Source: Candidatus Dojkabacteria bacterium
GTDB taxonomy: Bacteria > Patescibacteriota > Dojkabacteria > J137
DNA: 64,000 bases
Assembly: GCA_041750555.1 (NCBI GenBank)
Contig: JBGSZB010000016.1
Span: forward strand, 19,725 to 83,724
Reading direction: 5' to 3'
The notes under the pieces are model-generated. The model searched no databases. It saw only the letters and a program-made list of their open reading frames with translations, and was not told the DNA's origin. Below, piece by piece: positions 58,552 through 64,000 of this stretch; within the stretch, counting starts at the first letter, position 1, and every line of letters begins with the position of its first letter. Position numbers and translations under genes: made by a program.

Positions 58552-59340
58552 TTATTTTTCATTATCCATATCCTTAATACTATCCTCTACATCTTTAATT
58601 AATTCATCAGAGAGTGGAGTACTTTCCCCATATGTTGTTTCAACAGGTTTAGATGGAATATTCTTTTTATTTAATCTTGGAGCTTTTAATTTAGGCATAG
58701 AAACTTTAGATAATTTAACTCTACTAGAGTAATTTGATAAAACTTTAGAACTACCTCCAAATATTAGAATAAGTCTATCTACAATTCGTTCAGTATATAT
58801 ATCTAATATTATTACTATTACTAAAACTAAAATTGCTGATAAATCAATACTTCCATTTAAAAAGCTAATTTCAAATAAATTACCTTGAGACCACTCAGTT
58901 GTTGAATAAATTATTGTAATTATAGCTGGAGAATTTGTTGTAACACCTATACCAAATAACTCTAAAACTATTCTTAAAAAAAGAAATGCTTCTACAATCT
59001 TATACAATGCATCTAAAAAGTTTTGAAATACATCTTTAAAAGTCTCAAAAAAGAATGATGTAATTAATTCTGAAATAGCTATTGAAAATATTGAATAGAT
59101 AATCATACCTATTACACAATCAAAATTAATTTTTTGAAGGAAACCATCAAAAGGAATACTTACTAAGCCATTAAAAGGGGATAAAAAGAAATCACTTATG
59201 GAATATATTAAACCAATTAATCCTTGATTTTCTAGTTCAAAATATTGAAAAAGTATTCTTAAAATGAAAAAGAGAACTATAAAGGAAACTATTAAAAAAA
59301 TTACTGCTCTTATTCTTCCTCTTATATCAGGTAATTCCAT
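58552..59340 (-). CDS. hypothetical multi-pass membrane protein (possibly tandem YggT-like)
   Basis: 262 aa, about 6 TM helices; K/S-rich C-terminal tail. Confidence 0.35.
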   Translation of the reverse strand: MELPDIRGRIRAVIFLIVSFIVLFFILRILFQYFELENQGLIGLIYSISDFFLSPFNGLVSIPFDGFLQKINFDCVIGMIIYSIFSIAISELITSFFFETFKDVFQNFLDALYKIVEAFLFLRIVLELFGIGVTTNSPAIITIIYSTTEWSQGNLFEISFLNGSIDLSAILVLVIVIILDIYTERIVDRLILIFGGSSKVLSNYSSRVKLSKVSMPKLKAPRLNKKNIPSKPVETTYGESTPLSDELIKDVEDSIKDMDNEK

Positions 59341-59427
59341 TTAATGTTAATATACATAAGTAAATTATATCTCTAGATATGTTATTTTATACTAAAGTAT
59401 ATTGTATTTAAATAACTTAATTAACAA

Positions 59428-60315
59428 ATGACTAATACTAAAAGATTAGAACAAAAATTAGATAACCAAAACTTAATCTGGGCTTTGGATAAATATGCAG
59501 ATTTTGGAGTTTTACATTTATATAAAGAGTTATCTCAGGATGAAGAGAGTAATTTAAATGAGGTTAAATCTCTTTCAAATTCTTTATTAACTAAATATGA
59601 ACTTAAAGGTATTTATTTAAAAAAGAGATATATTAATGATCCTAAACTTGATAATTTAACCGTATTAGTTGCAGGAGTTGAATCAGAAGACGAAATTATT
59701 GTAATAGAAAATGATATTAAGTTTATTATAAGACTTAAAGATAAATTAGATGTTGGATTATTTTTAGATCATAGAATTTCAAGAGAACTAATTCAGGGTT
59801 ATTCAAAGAATAAAGATGTTTTAAATCTATTTAGCTATACTTCATCTTTTAGTGTTTATGCTGCCCTTAATGGTGCTAAAACTACTACAAGTGTAGATTT
59901 ATCTAATACTTATTGTTTATGGTCTCAAAAAAACTTTGAAATTAATGATTTAAAAGTTAATTACAATAATTCAGATAGTAGTGCTACTAACTATATTTGG
60001 AAAGAGGATGTTTTTGATTTTATTAATGTTTGTATAGAAACTAATACAACTTATGACATTATAGTTTTAGATCCTCCATCATTTTCTAGAAATAAGGGTA
60101 AAGTATTTAGTATTCAAAAAGATCATGAAGAGTTAATTAGAAATATTCAAAATCACCTATTAAATCCTGGAGGTATTTTATTCTTTAGTAATAACTTAAG
60201 TGATTTCCAATTAAGTAAATATATTAGACCAGGAGCTGATAAATTAACTAAAAAAACTATTCCTGAAGAATTTTTACCATACAGAGCTCATCAATCTTTT
60301 GCTTTCTATAACTAA
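59428..60315 (+). CDS. class I SAM-dependent rRNA methyltransferase (RlmI/RlmK-like)
   Basis: VLNLFSYTSSFSVYAA and IIVLDPPSF (DPPxF) motifs. Confidence 0.7.
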   Translation: MTNTKRLEQKLDNQNLIWALDKYADFGVLHLYKELSQDEESNLNEVKSLSNSLLTKYELKGIYLKKRYINDPKLDNLTVLVAGVESEDEIIVIENDIKFIIRLKDKLDVGLFLDHRISRELIQGYSKNKDVLNLFSYTSSFSVYAALNGAKTTTSVDLSNTYCLWSQKNFEINDLKVNYNNSDSSATNYIWKEDVFDFINVCIETNTTYDIIVLDPPSFSRNKGKVFSIQKDHEELIRNIQNHLLNPGGILFFSNNLSDFQLSKYIRPGADKLTKKTIPEEFLPYRAHQSFAFYN

Positions 60316-60316
60316 A

Positions 60317-60335
60317 TGACATCATTTTGATGTCA
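60317..60335. promoter_or_regulatory. perfect inverted repeat TGACATCA-ttt-TGATGTCA, probable toxin-antitoxin operator
   Basis: Read directly; lies 43 bp upstream of the antitoxin ATG; TATAAT at 60342-60347. Confidence 0.45.
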
Positions 60336-60377
60336 ATATGATATAATAATACATATTAAATGTAATATTTTTATATT

Positions 60378-60644
60378 ATGTCAACTAAATTAAAAAGTAT
60401 AAGGTTTCCAAACACTGTTGTAAGTGTTTTAGATGATTATTCTAAAAAGAATTACGGTATTTCATTTTCAAAGTATATTGTGCACTTAGCTATTGATAAA
60501 GTAGAAGAGATTAACTCTACATCAATTTCACTTCAGGATATATTTGAAGAAAGTGAAAATGATATAGTATCAGGGAATGCACTAATTCTTAAAGATGAGG
60601 AGAGTGTAAAATCCTATCTTAATAGTTTAAAGGAAGATGAATAA
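60378..60644 (+). CDS. putative antitoxin (DinJ/RelB-like) of a type II TA pair
   Basis: 88 aa, overlaps the downstream toxin gene by 8 nt; the assignment rests on position. Confidence 0.5.
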   Translation: MSTKLKSIRFPNTVVSVLDDYSKKNYGISFSKYIVHLAIDKVEEINSTSISLQDIFEESENDIVSGNALILKDEESVKSYLNSLKEDE

Positions 60645-60921
60645 ATATAGTCTTTATTTTTCCAACGAGTTTAAAAGAAACTATAAATCTTTTAAGAAAA
60701 GAAGGGATACACAATACAAAATTGATGATGTAATTGTTCTAATTGGGAAAGACCCCTACAGTAAAGGACTTAAATCTCATATGGTTAACCTTTCTAAAAT
60801 TGGTAAATGTTGGAGTTCAAGAGTTGATGGTGATATTAGAATTATATGGACATTTAGTAAAAAGGATACCAACATAATTATTGTATTAAGAGTAGGAGGA
60901 CATGATATTGTATATAGCTAA
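60637..60921 (+). CDS. YafQ/RelE/ParE-superfamily type II toxin (mRNA interferase)
   Basis: FKRNYKSFKKR...KDPYSKGLKSHMVNLSKIGKCWSSRVDGDIRIIWTFSKKDTNIIIVLRVGGHDIVY parallels the YafQ fold motifs (kdH.L.G....R.cHi.pDwlLIY........l.RtGsH). Confidence 0.75.
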   Translation: MNKYSLYFSNEFKRNYKSFKKRRDTQYKIDDVIVLIGKDPYSKGLKSHMVNLSKIGKCWSSRVDGDIRIIWTFSKKDTNIIIVLRVGGHDIVYS

Positions 60922-60957
60922 AAAAATGAGACTACGTGGTGTATAATCCCCCTAATT

Positions 60958-61362
60958 ATGGATTTAGCAGGATTACCTACAAACATTTCTTACTCTGATG
61001 GAGAATTTAACCCTAATAATATTGTTTTAGGTTCAAGCTTTGAGAAACTTCATAGAATGCATTTATTTCCAGATTCTGAGAGAGTGAGGAAACATATTAT
61101 TAAAGCTAAATTAGGTAAAAGTGGAGTATATAGAGTTAAGGGACTAGAGTTTCAAATTCCATATAGTGGCATTATCAATATACCAGGAATAATTATTGAA
61201 AATTGTGATATAGAAAAATTAGATTGTTTTAGAGTGTTAATAATTGAATATTGTGAGTGTGAAAGTAGCTTTAGAGTAAGATTAGCAGAGTATAGTGAGG
61301 TTAATGGGTTAGTTAGTATTAATGAAGTTTCAGATTTAATTAATGAATTAATTGAAGCTTAA
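60958..61362 (+). CDS. hypothetical protein
   Basis: 134 aa ORF, convergent with the ligase. Confidence 0.35.
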   Translation: MDLAGLPTNISYSDGEFNPNNIVLGSSFEKLHRMHLFPDSERVRKHIIKAKLGKSGVYRVKGLEFQIPYSGIINIPGIIIENCDIEKLDCFRVLIIEYCECESSFRVRLAEYSEVNGLVSINEVSDLINELIEA

Positions 61363-63152
61363 TCTTTAGCTTTTCTTAACTCATACATTCTAATTATTTC
61401 ACTTACGTTATTTGGATAATCACGATCAACTCTGTTCCATATCTTCATTCTTGGAAATCTTATTGATAAGCCTTTAGTTGAATCATCGTTTTTAACTTTA
61501 GAAGATATATTAATAGCTGCAGTATGGTTAGGACTTCTAGTTATTTCATCAGCAATAATTTCCATGATAATTTTTGGAGTTACCCAAACATCTGGAGTTA
61601 ATGAGTTATTTACTACATAATTTTTAGGCATTACGTTTGTTGAAATATTTTCTAAATCCTTATACATTGTATTCATTAATTCTTCACTAAAACCACTACC
61701 TACTTTTCCAATTGTATAGTATTTTTCATCCTCTGGGTTATATACTCCTGCTAAAAGAGTTCCAAAACCAAATCTAGATCTGTCTCCTTTACCTCTGTAA
61801 TACCCCAAAACTACTACATCTATAGTATCTACCATTTCTGTTAATGTATTAGCTTTTAATTTAATCCATTTAAAGTTTCTAGTACCTGGTTCATAATTTG
61901 TATTATTATCTTTAACAATAATTCCCTCTAAACCCCTACTAACTTTATCTCTAAAGTAACTCTCTAACTCTTCTAAGGTATTTATTCTTTTAGTTTCTAA
62001 CATCTCTAATGAATCTCTGTTATTCTTTAAAATATCTTCTAGTAACTTTAATCTTTCATCTATTGGTAATTCAGTTAAATCTTTTCCATTTAAATACAGA
62101 ATATCAAAACACATTGCTTTAACAGGTATATCTTTAGAAAATGTTTCAATTTCATACTTTCTTCTTCTTTTCATAGTATCTTGATAAGTTGCATAACCTA
62201 AATCTTTTACTCCAATTATCTCTGAATCTAATATTATTGATTTCACCCCAAGGGATTTTAAAGAAGTGGTTAACTCAGGAAACTGGTTAGTCATTAATTC
62301 CATATTCCTACTATATATTGCAACATTAGTATCTAATTCTTCGAAGTTATTAATAGAGTAGTGTAGTTGTCCTCTTAAACCATCTAATTTAGGTTGTACA
62401 TAACTATCATTCATTCTTTTAAATACAGATTCTGAATCTACTTCTCTTTCAACTAATTTAGATGCAACAGGCACTCCAGGTTTTAATTTAATAGTCTCTA
62501 ATGTTTTAATAACAAAATCTCTGTATTCAGTACTTTCTTTAATATTATCTAACTCTTTAACAAAACTTAATATTCCACCTAAGTCTGCATATTTACCATA
62601 AGCACTATCTAATATTTTTCTAATTGATTTATCTCCTGTTACATACCATGATATTGAATCTAATATTGTTTTATCACTCATACCAAGTCTTAAATCTCCA
62701 ACAATTATTCTTGTTACATATTTACTACTTTGAAAATCTAATTGAGTTATTAATTCTAAATATTTATTTATTTTATTCTCTTGAGAACCACTTCCACTAA
62801 TTACTGCTATCTCTTTTAATTTTTCAAATACAGTTGATATATCTAGATCTACCTCAACATTATCATTAAGTTTTAATTCTTCTATTAATGTTCCTAAATC
62901 TCCATATTTCTTATATTTTTCTAAAACATTACTGTATTTAGTATCTAGCGCTTTTACTATTAATTTAGATGAGAAGTTAAATTCCAATGGTACAAATTTT
63001 GGAGCTATACGTCCCATTATTAAATACATTGCAAGTCTAGATTCCTCTAATTGTAGAGAAGATATTAATTCACTTACAACAATTGTAATATCATTTCTAG
63101 ATGAGATATCTTCTATTTTTTTTAAGTAGTTTGAGAAATTTTTAAATGTCAT
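61359..63152 (-). CDS. lig: ATP-dependent DNA ligase (Lig I/archaeo-eukaryotic type)
   Basis: KLDGLRGQLHYS (KxDG adenylation motif I); nucleotidyltransferase and OB domains; 597 aa. Confidence 0.85.
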   Translation of the reverse strand: MTFKNFSNYLKKIEDISSRNDITIVVSELISSLQLEESRLAMYLIMGRIAPKFVPLEFNFSSKLIVKALDTKYSNVLEKYKKYGDLGTLIEELKLNDNVEVDLDISTVFEKLKEIAVISGSGSQENKINKYLELITQLDFQSSKYVTRIIVGDLRLGMSDKTILDSISWYVTGDKSIRKILDSAYGKYADLGGILSFVKELDNIKESTEYRDFVIKTLETIKLKPGVPVASKLVEREVDSESVFKRMNDSYVQPKLDGLRGQLHYSINNFEELDTNVAIYSRNMELMTNQFPELTTSLKSLGVKSIILDSEIIGVKDLGYATYQDTMKRRRKYEIETFSKDIPVKAMCFDILYLNGKDLTELPIDERLKLLEDILKNNRDSLEMLETKRINTLEELESYFRDKVSRGLEGIIVKDNNTNYEPGTRNFKWIKLKANTLTEMVDTIDVVVLGYYRGKGDRSRFGFGTLLAGVYNPEDEKYYTIGKVGSGFSEELMNTMYKDLENISTNVMPKNYVVNNSLTPDVWVTPKIIMEIIADEITRSPNHTAAINISSKVKNDDSTKGLSIRFPRMKIWNRVDRDYPNNVSEIIRMYELRKAKD

Positions 63153-63153
63153 T

Positions 63154-63942
63154 TTAGAATGATCCAGCTGGTAATATATCTAATATATTAACACCTATTA
63201 TTCTTAATATTAACACACTAAATACTAATACTGCTAAACCTGTTAATGTAGCTATTAATTGTTCTCTAGCTTTTTTAATTTCAGCTTCATTACCTCTTTG
63301 ATAGTTAATACCAACTAGTATTAATTGTACTAAAGCAACTCCACCCATTACTCCTAATGATATTCTAATTAACCCTGTTATTATTCCAATTGGTGTTGTA
63401 TCTATACATCCTATTGCTGTAGGGATACCTCCTTGAGCTCTACAGTTTTCAATATATTCTGCATTATCTTCATCTTGAGCTGCTAACCATGCAATAGTAT
63501 CGGTGATGCTATTATTTTTTAAAGGAATCCCATAAGTAAGACTCCCTTTTGAGCAAAATAGTAACTCATTACCTCTAACAGCCAATGCCTCTTCATCAGA
63601 ATAACACCTAACACACTCAGCCTCACCCAGACTACTATCCTTTAATTGATCTGAGTATATAACGTTTAGGTCTTCGTCATCTAGCGCAACTCCTATCCCT
63701 AGGAAATTATCTGAAGGGTTAACAATAGCACAAACAGAATCATCTGGGCATATATTTTCTGAACCACTCACCTCAGAGCCATAAGTAAATGTACCAAAAG
63801 GAAGTCCTCTTACAAAAGATTCTGTTATTATTTTTTCTAAATCTTTCTGTGACTCTGAATATACAACCTCAGTTCTATCATCTAATGCACTGTTCCTATG
63901 GTAACAAACAGGCGAAGCATTATCAATATATTCATTAGGCAT
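63154..63942 (-). CDS. Cys-rich protein with C-terminal pair of TM helices; possibly N-terminally truncated by the window edge
   Basis: About 12 Cys in the N-terminal 180 aa; C-terminal GGVALVQLILVGINY...LAVLVFSVLILRIIG hydrophobic hairpin; 1 nt from the ligase gene. Confidence 0.4.
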   Translation of the reverse strand: MPNEYIDNASPVCYHRNSALDDRTEVVYSESQKDLEKIITESFVRGLPFGTFTYGSEVSGSENICPDDSVCAIVNPSDNFLGIGVALDDEDLNVIYSDQLKDSSLGEAECVRCYSDEEALAVRGNELLFCSKGSLTYGIPLKNNSITDTIAWLAAQDEDNAEYIENCRAQGGIPTAIGCIDTTPIGIITGLIRISLGVMGGVALVQLILVGINYQRGNEAEIKKAREQLIATLTGLAVLVFSVLILRIIGVNILDILPAGSF

Positions 63943-64000
63943 GTTCCCAGGGCTCTGATCATTAGGAATAAGACAACACGCTGCAGCATAGGTCCTATTC

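Noticed and set aside
1-64000. CRISPR arrays, rRNA genes, transposases/integrases
   Set aside because: I saw no regularly spaced direct repeats in any intergenic region. No rRNA-like conserved blocks were found. No ORF carries DDE-transposase or tyrosine/serine recombinase motifs. Repeat detection by eye is limited, so short or degenerate arrays cannot be excluded.
1-64000. Alternative genetic code (UGA recoding, as in some CPR lineages)
   Set aside because: Long uninterrupted ORFs are obtained with the standard code, and TGA is used as a terminator (for example at 22936-22938). There is no evidence for recoding.

Overview
This is an AT-rich, densely coded bacterial chromosome segment that uses the standard code (TGA is a stop, for example at 22936-22938). 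It most resembles a small-genome fermentative lineage, possibly CPR/Patescibacteria; that is inference from the gene content, not a database hit. Core content, left to right:
- A near-complete glycolysis cluster (pgi, gap, pgk, pfk, ldh, fba, an archaeal-type tpi, gpmI) with murB embedded.
- pyrG, tgt, hsp20, two tRNAs (Arg-TCG and Ser-GCT), ung, greA-like, a Mur ligase, nrdR plus a long class II RNR, mraY, uvrC, an ATP-dependent DNA ligase.
- Accessory content: two giant surface proteins (a DUF2341-LamG-FN3 array, and a beta-helix/LamG protein with an N-terminal receiver-like domain) and Cys-bracketed dockerin-like repeats in two proteins, with a DsbB-like oxidase nearby.
- An island immediately downstream of tRNA-Ser: a HEPN/Abi-like (RNxxAH) protein, a DUF4268 nuclease-like protein, a GNAT, a DUF3800 protein, an SGNH hydrolase and a cupin, with no integrase.
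- A YafQ/RelE-DinJ-type toxin-antitoxin pair with a perfect palindromic operator.
No CRISPR arrays, rRNA genes or obvious transposases were seen. All functional calls rest on motif recognition by eye; no searches were run.
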